A stretch of DNA of 44,582 nucleotides from a virus (lineage: Duplodnaviria > Caudoviricetes). Under the pieces are notes generated by a model, which saw only the letters and a program-made list of their open reading frames with translations, searched no databases and had not been told where the DNA came from. The stretch spans positions 1 to 44,582 of IMG/VR virus record IMGVR_UViG_3300005805_000148; one strand, given 5' to 3'. Every line of letters starts with the position of its first letter. Positions within the stretch are counted from its first letter, which is position 1. This document shows, one piece after another, positions 24,496 through 33,686 of the stretch. Both the position numbers and the translations under genes were made by a program.

Positions 24496-25806
24496 TTACT
24501 CTGAGCGTCGCGGACTGCTTCTTTTTGAGTTTCGCTGACGCGTGGCGACATAAGAGTCGCTAGGTATACCCAAAAGAGAAATCATTCCTGAGCAGACCTC
24601 TTCAAGTGAGTAACCATATTCCTCAAACATTTTTTCTTCCCATTCGTCAAAGTAGTCTGGGGCCATTTTGAATTCCCATTTCCCAATTGTCGAGGTAACG
24701 TTGCGGGGTTTATCGGATACCTTTGTTGCTTTTTCTTTCATACCCCATCCAGCGACCTCATGCATTAGGTCGTCCAAATCATCGCCGGTATAACCAGAAC
24801 CCTCAAAAGCCGGAAGTGTTTGAAGTATTTCTGCTAGTTCTACGTGGTCATAAGAACCAAGGTCGGCAGTTTTGTTGTCGGCCAAAACAATCCTGGCTGC
24901 TGCCTCATCATCGGCATCAATAAAAGTTGCAGCAATTTCTTTCCAGCCCAACATTTTTGCCGCTTTCCATGTGTGATTACCAACGAGTATTGAGTTATCT
25001 CTTTTATTAACAACAATCGGTCTGAACTGTCCGTTCTTGGCTAAAGACTCAGAAATCAAACCAACGTCTCCTTGTCTGGCGTTCATCGGATAAGGAAAAA
25101 CACTGTTGATGTCAATGGTCTCCGTCGACAGCATTACTGAATGCATTTGCTGTCTGTCTATGTTTTTCTTTTTATTTTTTGGTTTAGCCCTATCTGACGG
25201 GATATAGTCCACATCAGATAGATGCAAGCGACGTTTTAGTTCTTTAATGATTTTTTCATCTGAGTCGTTAGACTTTTCAATTTCGCTTGCCCAGTCTTTG
25301 AATACGTCATCATCAACCATCGCCCTGTAAGTGCCAACACAAACTCGAATTTCGGTTCCAACCTGACCAGTCCTATCATTGTTTGGCGCAGTAAAAGCAC
25401 CTTCTCCAGATAGCAGCGTTTGTAATTGTTCTATATCTACATCCTTGAATCCCGTGCCATCTAAAGTCGGCAAAGATTCGAGCAATTCAAGGAGTTTTGA
25501 ATCATCATAAGATGACATATCCGAAGTCCTGTTGTCTGCAAGAACAATTTTTTGAGCGCCGTAGTCGTCGACATCAACATAGGTGACTGCAATATGCGTC
25601 CATCCAAGACTCCTAGCGGCACGCCAGGTGTGATTGCCTGCAAGGATTGTCGAATCACGACGATTTATTACAATTGGCTTGTATTGACCATTTACCTTTA
25701 GCGACTTTGCAATTTCTTCCACATCGCCACGTCGTGGGTTTTTAGGGTAGGGCTTAAGACTTGTTATATCTACTATTTCTGTTTCTACTTTTATGTTGTC
25801 GCTCAT
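24496..25806 (-). CDS. tandem ParB-N/Srx domain protein
   Basis: Internal duplication: NPRRGDV...GQYKPIV...AGNHTW...LADNRT and NARQGDV...GQFRPIV...VGNHTW...LADNKT. Confidence 0.92.
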   Translation of the reverse strand: MSDNIKVETEIVDITSLKPYPKNPRRGDVEEIAKSLKVNGQYKPIVINRRDSTILAGNHTWRAARSLGWTHIAVTYVDVDDYGAQKIVLADNRTSDMSSYDDSKLLELLESLPTLDGTGFKDVDIEQLQTLLSGEGAFTAPNNDRTGQVGTEIRVCVGTYRAMVDDDVFKDWASEIEKSNDSDEKIIKELKRRLHLSDVDYIPSDRAKPKNKKKNIDRQQMHSVMLSTETIDINSVFPYPMNARQGDVGLISESLAKNGQFRPIVVNKRDNSILVGNHTWKAAKMLGWKEIAATFIDADDEAAARIVLADNKTADLGSYDHVELAEILQTLPAFEGSGYTGDDLDDLMHEVAGWGMKEKATKVSDKPRNVTSTIGKWEFKMAPDYFDEWEEKMFEEYGYSLEEVCSGMISLLGIPSDSYVATRQRNSKRSSPRRSE

Positions 25807-25829
25807 ACAGGCGAGTATAGCCGATATAT

Positions 25830-26177
25830 TTAGTTCGTCTGTTTTAAAGTTTGCTTTATGCTCTTGATAATTTGAGCAATTTTTTCCTTATCTTCTTCTG
25901 TCTGTGCCGGCTCTAATTCTCTCATTTTTCGTTCTTCACGGTCTTTAGCGTCCCACAAGCGCTGCTTATGCATAGGCAGGACTACTTCCCTAAATTCAGC
26001 CCACGATGGCCAAAACCTAGAGGTTTCTTCTATTTTTTTTACTGCACGTTTCGCGTCGTCAAAATAGAACTCAGCGAGATTACCTTCCCAGCGTTTTACT
26101 TCTTCAACGACCAACTGTTTTGAGGGAAAACAAATATTCAGTTCCGCAATTATTGCGTCTGCTTCGTCTATCGTCAT
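25830..26177 (-). CDS. replicative helicase loader/inhibitor (G39P-like)
   Basis: MT..EA..II..L...FP; W...L; FWPS.AEF; downstream of the initiator. Confidence 0.7.
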   Translation of the reverse strand: MTIDEADAIIAELNICFPSKQLVVEEVKRWEGNLAEFYFDDAKRAVKKIEETSRFWPSWAEFREVVLPMHKQRLWDAKDREERKMRELEPAQTEEDKEKIAQIIKSIKQTLKQTN

Positions 26178-26485
26178 GGCGTGTGAAGAATTAGAGGGGT
26201 ACGCTCGCCAACCCAAGAACCGGCGACATTATAGTCAATCCACTCAATCGCTTCGTCTTCAGTCATGCCTTGCTTTATAAATACTGCTACGAGCAAATTG
26301 TATGAATAAACGACTACTGGGTCAAGATTGATTCTAGTTGCATATCCCATGATGGCTTCGTCGCAACCATCAAAAACAATCGCGCCTTCAGCAAATTCAT
26401 CTACGAATTCTCTAGTCGATGGAGTACCAAAGTCCCATCCTTGATAATTTTTTTCTGGGTCATAAAATGTTTCATTACCCGACAT
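26174..26485 (-). CDS. conserved phage hypothetical protein
   Basis: DG.DEAI.G...VVYSY...M..DEAIEW..YN..G.WVG..TP. Confidence 0.85.
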   Translation of the reverse strand: MSGNETFYDPEKNYQGWDFGTPSTREFVDEFAEGAIVFDGCDEAIMGYATRINLDPVVVYSYNLLVAVFIKQGMTEDEAIEWIDYNVAGSWVGERTPLILHTP

Positions 26486-27152
26486 TTAATTCTCCCATCA
26501 TTTTTGGTGAAGTTATTTCACGCTGTTCACGAGCAGCCTTGATGGCGTTCCAGCCTTGAGGCACAACACCTTTGAGGCCGTTCATATCTAGTCGGCTTGG
26601 GTCGCATTCAGACCACCTATTAACAAGAGCAGTTGGAGTCAATGTTGCCTGAGGAAACTTTTGTCTATAAGCCTGAGCACGAGCAAAAATATCATCCGGA
26701 GTTGCATTACTTTCTTTTAGAACACGAACCATTCGTCCGTATCTGCTTGCTTCCGAAGAATTAACATTATCGGGATTGACATTGCACGCAGTAAGTAGTG
26801 CGTCCCATATTGGATTTCTTTTTCGCTCAGGCTGTTGCTTGGATGGTTTTTTCGTGCTCTGATTTTCAGTACTTGGTTTTTCGTCTACGGAATTCGTGGA
26901 GGTAATAATCCTGTAGAGGCTTGATGTTCCTTGTCTTTTGACTACTGATAGTTCACCCATAGAGACTAGGTCTTGGATTTTCCTAGTTACGGTGCGCTCA
27001 GAAACGTTTGCCCGTCGAGCGATAACGCTAATTCGAGGGAAAGCGTCTTCTCCTTCACTATTGCAGTGGTCGGCAATTACTAGAAGGATAAGTCTTTCAA
27101 GTCCTTGTGCTTTGGATTTTTCAAAAACCCATTCCATAATTTTTATTGACAT
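26475..27152 (-). CDS. HTH replication initiator / replisome organiser
   Basis: MSI..M.WV, LILL.IADH.N.EG..FP....IA...N.SERTV...I..L...G. Confidence 0.85.
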   Translation of the reverse strand: MSIKIMEWVFEKSKAQGLERLILLVIADHCNSEGEDAFPRISVIARRANVSERTVTRKIQDLVSMGELSVVKRQGTSSLYRIITSTNSVDEKPSTENQSTKKPSKQQPERKRNPIWDALLTACNVNPDNVNSSEASRYGRMVRVLKESNATPDDIFARAQAYRQKFPQATLTPTALVNRWSECDPSRLDMNGLKGVVPQGWNAIKAAREQREITSPKMMGELNVG

Positions 27153-27694
27153 TATTTTTTTTGCCTTATCGAAACCCTCTCAGATTTCTCCACTTCGCAA
27201 AAATCATCTGGGTTTAAACCTGGCACCATTGCTTTTAGTGCCGTAACTCTCCATTCGCGTATTGCGGCAGCACGGGTAAGGTGCTCAACCACCGAGTCAA
27301 TAATCGGTTTGGCGTATGTACTGAGGTCAATAATCTCGCCTGTTGACGGGTCCACGACAGAAGTTGCATCTTTGGCAAGCGCTTGATTTACTACAATCTC
27401 CATAAGGACCTGATGAGACCAGTTTTTTCTAGACGAATTAAACTTTCGCTCAGCGACCATATCACCGAATTCAAGCAACTTGTCTCCAGCCATTCTCATA
27501 TGTGTTGTCAATAAAATATTAAGTCTTGTTTCGACATCTCTAACTTGAGCCTTAAGGTCAGCCAGTCCAACCAAGGCTTCAAAAACCTCTTTGTTGTCTA
27601 ACTCTTCTAAATCATTTTCTAAGCGCTCGGTGGTCTTTCCAATGCTTTCTTTTAAAAGGTCAGAAATTTCTGTTACCGCATCATAGAGTTGCAT
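27152..27694 (-). CDS. hypothetical protein (replication module)
   Basis: RBS GGAG before ATG 27694; VDP.TGE and WRVT.L motifs. Confidence 0.8.
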   Translation of the reverse strand: MQLYDAVTEISDLLKESIGKTTERLENDLEELDNKEVFEALVGLADLKAQVRDVETRLNILLTTHMRMAGDKLLEFGDMVAERKFNSSRKNWSHQVLMEIVVNQALAKDATSVVDPSTGEIIDLSTYAKPIIDSVVEHLTRAAAIREWRVTALKAMVPGLNPDDFCEVEKSERVSIRQKK

Positions 27695-28043
27695 TTTGTT
27701 GTCTCCAAACATTAATTTTCAAACCCGGTTTATTTATGTTTTCGTTTGATATCACGATGGAATCAACTTCTGCCAACCAAGTGTTTCCCTTATCGATGCT
27801 TGGAGCAAGAACCATTGCTATTAATCGCGGTAAATGACCTATCGCGACATTATTAATATCAACCCGAATTGAGTTTGTATCGTGCACATTATTTGGCTCT
27901 CGAACCAATTCGCAACGTGCTGTCTTCATTGCGACTTCTTGCGCTATGGCAAAAATGTTGTCGGGATAATTAGAAGAAAAAGAAATACCAACTATTTTTG
28001 TCAAGAATTGGGTTGGGACGTCTAATTCTTTTGCAGTAATCAC
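27681..28043 (-). CDS. HIRAN-domain protein
   Basis: IVG.SF...LVREPNN.HD.NSIRV....IGHLP. Confidence 0.88.
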   Translation of the reverse strand: MITAKELDVPTQFLTKIVGISFSSNYPDNIFAIAQEVAMKTARCELVREPNNVHDTNSIRVDINNVAIGHLPRLIAMVLAPSIDKGNTWLAEVDSIVISNENINKPGLKINVWRQQNATL

Positions 28044-28894
28044 TCGGTCTCCGAAGCAGATTCAAACACGTCTTCATAACGGTTGTACTCTTCTTCGGAT
28101 AGTTGAGGGGGCCATGTTGATGGGTCGCCAAGTTTGCTTTTTACTATGTCTTGAATGTGTGGGGACGAAAACTCATACATCGAACGGGCAACAGAGACGT
28201 CAATCATCTTGTCTCCGTCTTTGCGGTTTGCTCGAATCCCTTGCATTGTAATGATGAGATTATTCAACTCGGACTTCGCCATAGGCCACTGACGATTGTT
28301 TAATTTGTCGTGAGACTCGCGCAGTAGTTCTAATTCATCAGGAGTCAGGTCTCCGGACGTTTGCTTGAACAGACGGTGAGCCTCATCGCGCTCTGATTCT
28401 GAACGCCAATCAAACATCGGTTTAATTGGTTGTTCTTTGGACTCAATAGGAAGAGTTGGTTGGGTTAGTGATTGTCCAGCAACAACGCTTTTTGTTTCAA
28501 CCGCCACGCTTGCATTTTTTGCCTGTTCTTCATTCTTCTTTGCAGTTCCGATTGATTCACGAAACTTCATCAAAACTTTAAGGTCATTCATGTTGTCTGG
28601 ACTACCAGCCTTTTTGAGTGCTCGACCCATTGCTTTTGAACAGAGTACATTCCAGGCATCTGTGTCGCGCCCTTTAGCGTCAGCAAATGATTTGTAGCCA
28701 ATAAATGGAGTGTCGTTTTTAAATCGAACAACTGTCGCAATGCAGACCTTTTCATCTTTTTTACTAAAAGATGCTGGGATACCAGCGTCTGCTGTAGTGC
28801 CTTCAGAAAATTCAACAGTGGCATCTGGCCAATCTGCTTTAAACATTGACCACCTGAGCGAAGTGGAAATATAATCATCGAAGTTTATGGGCAT
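28040..28894 (-). CDS. putative single-strand annealing protein
   Basis: FDDY.....R...F..DWPD and A.GRAL..AG motifs; first gene of the replication module. Confidence 0.55.
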   Translation of the reverse strand: MPINFDDYISTSLRWSMFKADWPDATVEFSEGTTADAGIPASFSKKDEKVCIATVVRFKNDTPFIGYKSFADAKGRDTDAWNVLCSKAMGRALKKAGSPDNMNDLKVLMKFRESIGTAKKNEEQAKNASVAVETKSVVAGQSLTQPTLPIESKEQPIKPMFDWRSESERDEAHRLFKQTSGDLTPDELELLRESHDKLNNRQWPMAKSELNNLIITMQGIRANRKDGDKMIDVSVARSMYEFSSPHIQDIVKSKLGDPSTWPPQLSEEEYNRYEDVFESASETE

Positions 28895-28952
28895 ACGCCC
28901 TCCTAACTTATTTGTTGGTTATTTTGATTATGGGTACTATACAGCGTAAAGA

Positions 28953-29120
28953 TTAATCTTGCAACTCTCCACCATCGGTTATTTTTTCTATTTTTTTAAG
29001 TGATTGAAGTGCCTGAATGGTTGCTTTTAAAATAGCGTTTTCGCGGCTCAAATTGGCTATTTGAAGGGTTAGTTCTCCAATAACAAGATTTACGTCGGGT
29101 TGAATTTGGCCTATGGTCAT
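28953..29120 (-). CDS. 55-aa coiled-coil protein (not in ORF track)
   Basis: MTIGQIQPDVNLVIGELTLQIANLSRENAILKATIQAL...; ATGA overlap with the tail fibre stop. Confidence 0.7.
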   Translation of the reverse strand: MTIGQIQPDVNLVIGELTLQIANLSRENAILKATIQALQSLKKIEKITDGGELQD

Positions 29121-32100
29121 GATTGAGATTCTAGCAGTTTAATCCTTAGATTCAAAGATTGTACGGCTTGAAGCAAATGAGGCACTAAGCCAAGATAATT
29201 CACGGACAGAAAAGCATCTGGATTTTGTGGATTTGAAGAAGTTGCAAGATGAGGGAACGTATTAACCACTTCTTGGGCAATCAAGCCCAACCGCTTAGGT
29301 TTGATTTCAGAATTTTCTACATCAAGAGCATCAAGTGGGTTGTACTCGACAACTCGCAAATCATTTAATGTTTTAAGAATCCAATTTTCCGGTGCGTCAA
29401 TAATATTTGTTTTCATTCTTGCATCCGAAACTGTTCCAACCACGCAAGAAACAGCATTGTCAACCGCTCCGATAATGTCGGGATTGTCCCAAAGAAATCC
29501 CACATAATTTGGTGTACCAGGGCCGATATCCAGCCCTGGGTAAGAAATTCCTGCGCCGTTATTGACGCCATTATCCATAGTTATGGCGCCGAGGGCTGTT
29601 ATAGCGCCGTTGGCCATTATGTTGTTGTCAACTTGTAAGTTATTATCGACCTGCATGTTGTTGCCGACCGTTAAGTCAGTACCTACGTCGAGGTTATTGC
29701 CAGCGTATATGTTGTTGCTGGAAAAAATATCATTTGTTGCTGTGACGTCACCGTCCGATAGCGCAACATAACCACCACCACCATCACTTACTAAAAGCAA
29801 GTCGTAAAGAAGTTCAGCAAAAACTCCACCAGGTCCATCAATTCTTATTCCAGCCTTAACTGCATCTTCCCCAAAAAAGTTACTATGAACAGGCTCAAAG
29901 CCTGAGCCGTCCGGAAACAATTTACCCATATCCATTGTCCCTTGGAAATTTCCACCTGTGTGAAGTGAGTCAGGTGAATCTTGGTAGCCAATTTCAAATC
30001 CGGCAATATTGCCTGTTGTGGCGGTCAAAGAACCTGCGGCGTTGACCCTGAAAGGCGCTGCAGCAAAAGTTCCTGCACCCAAGAACATGTCTCCGTCTGC
30101 GTTGATGTGAAATGAAGATGCATCATTTCCGCCAATATCAATAACTCCGCCAGTGATTACTGGTGAAGTAATAGTTGCGTTCGCAGCAAGACTATTTGCA
30201 GTAATATTTCCTGAGATAGAAGCCGAAGAAGAAAAAAGTGCTCCAGTCGACGCGGAAATTGATGTAACAATATCTCCAGCGTTATTAAACGCGCGTAACC
30301 CAGACGAGTCAATAATGACTCTTGGGTTGACGGTGCCGCTTTGTAGCGTCGGTGCGGTGAGGGTGCCTTGTACCCAAGCACCATTACGAATAGTTACTTG
30401 ATTCAATTCTGCATTACCATCTGCTTCGATAGTCCAACCGCTTGTGTTGGTCACATAATTATTTGAACGGATTGCGCCATTAAAAACTATTTGCGCGCTG
30501 GCAGATGCGGTAAATGCAAATGGGGCTGAAGGAACTCCGGATTGCCCATCTGATGTGTAAGGCAGGATTGTAAATTGATATTCACGTCCCGGCGCACCAA
30601 GATTTTCAAAACCAGCAGAGGTTTTGCTGCTTGGCACCATAGTGGAGTGTCTTTCAACTACCCGCACGACATCTCCTGATGTGTATGTACCAGACGGGAT
30701 GTCTGGACCAACATCATCAAATGTAAAATAAGAACCAGATGCACTAGTTAAAAAAACATTAGTTCTGTCAAAATAATTATCTGTTGTGTCGTAGATATTT
30801 ATCCAATCTCCTACGCCAAAACCAGTAGAAGAACTAACTTGACAATAAGCAATATTGCCATCTCGATAGATGCTTGTAATTGGATACGTGATTGCAATCC
30901 CGATGCTGTTTTGTTCTTCGCGATAAACAATTGCTTCAAATTGTGTTGCGCTTGTATTATCTGGCGCTTCCCAATTAACAACTACACGATTGCTTAAGCC
31001 TTGTACTTCGGCTCCAACAGATGTGCCAGTTGGAGCCGATGGCTTAGACGATGTTCCGCGCAAGGTAAACGAAGGAATATCTGCAGCGGATAAACGACCA
31101 TAGTTTGCTGCGTATTTAAGGTTGGTTGCTATGTCTTCAAAAATGTCACCAAACGTAACCTCGACGGTTTCGTTGCCATTTTCATCTACAGATGCTCCTA
31201 TTGCGCTTATGATTCTTTCACCATAGACACCAGTGTCAATTTCGACAAGAACTTTGTCTCCAATGTCAAAGTCTTGCCAAGCCGTCATGCCTTGTTTTTC
31301 GGCAAACGTAGCCGTAATTTGTAGTTTGCCATCTTTTACTTTACGAACTGCTGACGATGTGATGTTTGCTACTGCTGGTGCTGTATCGGCAGTATTTTCA
31401 ATAAACATTTCACGAAAGCCATAAGTTCCAGTTCTTTCGGAGATTTGTCTATCAAGATTAAAGCCATCAGAGCCGTACACGACAGTTCTTAATTCGCTAA
31501 CAGAGGTTCTAGTTTCAACTGTCTCCAACATTGGAAGACTAAAAAGCAGCGCGGCAGAGCCGGTAGTTAAATCTTCACCAAATGGCTCATCGAAAATTAC
31601 CGTGTCAGTAACAAATGGTTTTACCGCAATGCTTACCGAGCCGCTTGGCGAAACGTGCCAATCAACACCGGTGTTCGCCGAAACCTCATTAAGAACATCA
31701 AGAACGGTTCGACCAACAGCAATATTGAAATTACCGCCATCTTTAACAACTCGACTCTTTGAGTCCGTTTTTCCTAAAGACGCATTTAGTGTAGCGTCAA
31801 GACTTAAAGGCCAATCAACTGCGTAACCTATCCCACCTCGTCCATACAGGGTTTTTATTGTTCCAAAATCTGATTTTTTAGTTGAATACTCATAGCCAGT
31901 GTCTGCTTCTTTGAATAAAATATAAAAAGCGGATATTCCAGTAAATGACCCAAGGGAAACTTGAGACCAAACTATTTCGTTTGTGCCAATTTGATTGGAG
32001 TTTGAAAGCCCACCATTTGAAGATATTTTCCAGGAAGAATAGCCGTTTACATTTCCTTCCTCTACAAATGCAGCATTGTCTACTTCTAAGTCACCAATTG

Positions 32101-32809
32101 GTGAGCCATCTGCTCGTGCTGTTCGCTGCAAAACCCATGGAGTAGATGAACTACCAACAGAGACAATCCAATAAACTCCATTCTCAAAAGTGCTTGTTTG
32201 ATTTTTTACTAAAGCGGTATCTCCAACAACAAGGTCAACTACGCCGTCGATACCAGAGTTGTTTATTGAGCCATTTGCCGTGGCTGTAAGTCTTGCTCCA
32301 GAACCAGGAACATCAACTTGGGGGCCGTTGGTATAAGTTGCTGGCAAATTTCCTGTAGTTGCTACTCGAACGTTAAATGCATATCCGGGAAATAGGCGGT
32401 CAAAAAATTTTGGTCTTTGCGTAGTGCCTGCAGTTGCTCGTGCCTGATTACTAAAATCTTCAGGCAGGACAATACCCCACTCAAGCGCTGCAGCAATGCC
32501 TCGCCCACCAATAGTTAATGGTTGACTTACTCCTGCTCTATCCACCTGTACGTCTTCAATGAAAAACGTAAAGACCGAAGTACCATCTCGACGAATCTGA
32601 AGAGCGTAGGGACCTTCAAGTAATGAATCACCTCTCTCGTCTTGAAAAGAAGCAAAAAACGGGTCGGAAAAATCATGCTCTAAAGTCGCCGAACCAACAT
32701 CGTTAAGTTGGTCTGACAGTTGAATGCTTTTCCAGCGCGGGACATAAGCAACTGTTTGACTTGGATTATTTGCTAGTACAACCCAAACGTCCCAGGTTGT
32801 TCTAGCCAT
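29117..32809 (-). CDS. tail tip/fibre protein with FN3-like domain and C-terminal peptidase S74 chaperone
   Basis: Follows Dit; V.W.AP...Y.F FN3 pattern; SDARMKTNI...GLIAQEV...VNY..L...L. Confidence 0.9.
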   Translation of the reverse strand: MARTTWDVWVVLANNPSQTVAYVPRWKSIQLSDQLNDVGSATLEHDFSDPFFASFQDERGDSLLEGPYALQIRRDGTSVFTFFIEDVQVDRAGVSQPLTIGGRGIAAALEWGIVLPEDFSNQARATAGTTQRPKFFDRLFPGYAFNVRVATTGNLPATYTNGPQVDVPGSGARLTATANGSINNSGIDGVVDLVVGDTALVKNQTSTFENGVYWIVSVGSSSTPWVLQRTARADGSPIGDLEVDNAAFVEEGNVNGYSSWKISSNGGLSNSNQIGTNEIVWSQVSLGSFTGISAFYILFKEADTGYEYSTKKSDFGTIKTLYGRGGIGYAVDWPLSLDATLNASLGKTDSKSRVVKDGGNFNIAVGRTVLDVLNEVSANTGVDWHVSPSGSVSIAVKPFVTDTVIFDEPFGEDLTTGSAALLFSLPMLETVETRTSVSELRTVVYGSDGFNLDRQISERTGTYGFREMFIENTADTAPAVANITSSAVRKVKDGKLQITATFAEKQGMTAWQDFDIGDKVLVEIDTGVYGERIISAIGASVDENGNETVEVTFGDIFEDIATNLKYAANYGRLSAADIPSFTLRGTSSKPSAPTGTSVGAEVQGLSNRVVVNWEAPDNTSATQFEAIVYREEQNSIGIAITYPITSIYRDGNIAYCQVSSSTGFGVGDWINIYDTTDNYFDRTNVFLTSASGSYFTFDDVGPDIPSGTYTSGDVVRVVERHSTMVPSSKTSAGFENLGAPGREYQFTILPYTSDGQSGVPSAPFAFTASASAQIVFNGAIRSNNYVTNTSGWTIEADGNAELNQVTIRNGAWVQGTLTAPTLQSGTVNPRVIIDSSGLRAFNNAGDIVTSISASTGALFSSSASISGNITANSLAANATITSPVITGGVIDIGGNDASSFHINADGDMFLGAGTFAAAPFRVNAAGSLTATTGNIAGFEIGYQDSPDSLHTGGNFQGTMDMGKLFPDGSGFEPVHSNFFGEDAVKAGIRIDGPGGVFAELLYDLLLVSDGGGGYVALSDGDVTATNDIFSSNNIYAGNNLDVGTDLTVGNNMQVDNNLQVDNNIMANGAITALGAITMDNGVNNGAGISYPGLDIGPGTPNYVGFLWDNPDIIGAVDNAVSCVVGTVSDARMKTNIIDAPENWILKTLNDLRVVEYNPLDALDVENSEIKPKRLGLIAQEVVNTFPHLATSSNPQNPDAFLSVNYLGLVPHLLQAVQSLNLRIKLLESQS

Positions 32810-33681
32810 TAGAAAAACGCCTTCCTATAGGAAATGACTACTGTACCAGTTCCAGAAGTTGCAGAAAAAGTTACATCATTATTTAGCGGAAACAATTCAA
32901 ACCAAGATTGACGCGAACCCGCACGATAAAGGTTGGAAATATCATTGACCCCATTTCTTGCCAGCGTCAAGCCATCAGTATCTATTATTACTGCTTGGCC
33001 GGTCGGGATTGTGCCAACATAACCTATCGAGGACAGACTCCCAATGTATGTTTCATTTGTAATTTTAGGATTTGCTAAGTTCGATGATGAAATAAATGTA
33101 ATTGTCATGTAGGTAACAGGCGCAGTACCCACAGCACTGGCTGACATTGGTACGGCAATATTCGAACCCGAAAATGAAACCGAGGCAGAGACTGATGTTG
33201 GGGAAAACCAACGCGGGTCCGGGAATTGAACCTCAACAGTGAATTCTGTGTAATTTAAATCTCGATGGTCGGAAACGTTTATCGCTCCAACAATTTCACC
33301 ATATGCTATTCGCGAAGCATATAAAGAAGAATTGTCCGGGTCCACCCTTACATGTGTGACGGTGAGTAGTTCCGGCATTTCGTTAAGCAAATTAAAAACA
33401 GTGTCATAATTTTCATTAAACTGCGAACGTCTTCCGCTCTGAGTTAAAGCAACAGAACCTGTAACTGGTTCATTGTCTGTTATCCAAATTGTCCAAGTCT
33501 CACTTCTTACGTCAAGGCGTTTTTCTCTCCATTGAGTTCCGTGCACAATTGCTGAACCGACATTGTCGCCCTTTTTGGCTGGGATACCTCTCTCTATCGA
33601 TGACAACATGTAGCCATGAGTTGCTAACTCAACGCCATTAACGGAATACCATTCAAGAACGTTTGGAAGAACTGTGGACAT
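32809..33681 (-). CDS. distal tail protein (Dit)
   Basis: Position after tape measure; PDPRW, GTAP and W..L.P..N motifs. Confidence 0.8.
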   Translation of the reverse strand: MSTVLPNVLEWYSVNGVELATHGYMLSSIERGIPAKKGDNVGSAIVHGTQWREKRLDVRSETWTIWITDNEPVTGSVALTQSGRRSQFNENYDTVFNLLNEMPELLTVTHVRVDPDNSSLYASRIAYGEIVGAINVSDHRDLNYTEFTVEVQFPDPRWFSPTSVSASVSFSGSNIAVPMSASAVGTAPVTYMTITFISSSNLANPKITNETYIGSLSSIGYVGTIPTGQAVIIDTDGLTLARNGVNDISNLYRAGSRQSWFELFPLNNDVTFSATSGTGTVVISYRKAFF

Positions 33682-33686
33682 TTATA

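Noticed and set aside
24496-25806. ParB proteins as a ParABS partition system
   Set aside because: Only ParB-N/Srx domains without an HTH, no ParA in the window, and the context is a transferase operon
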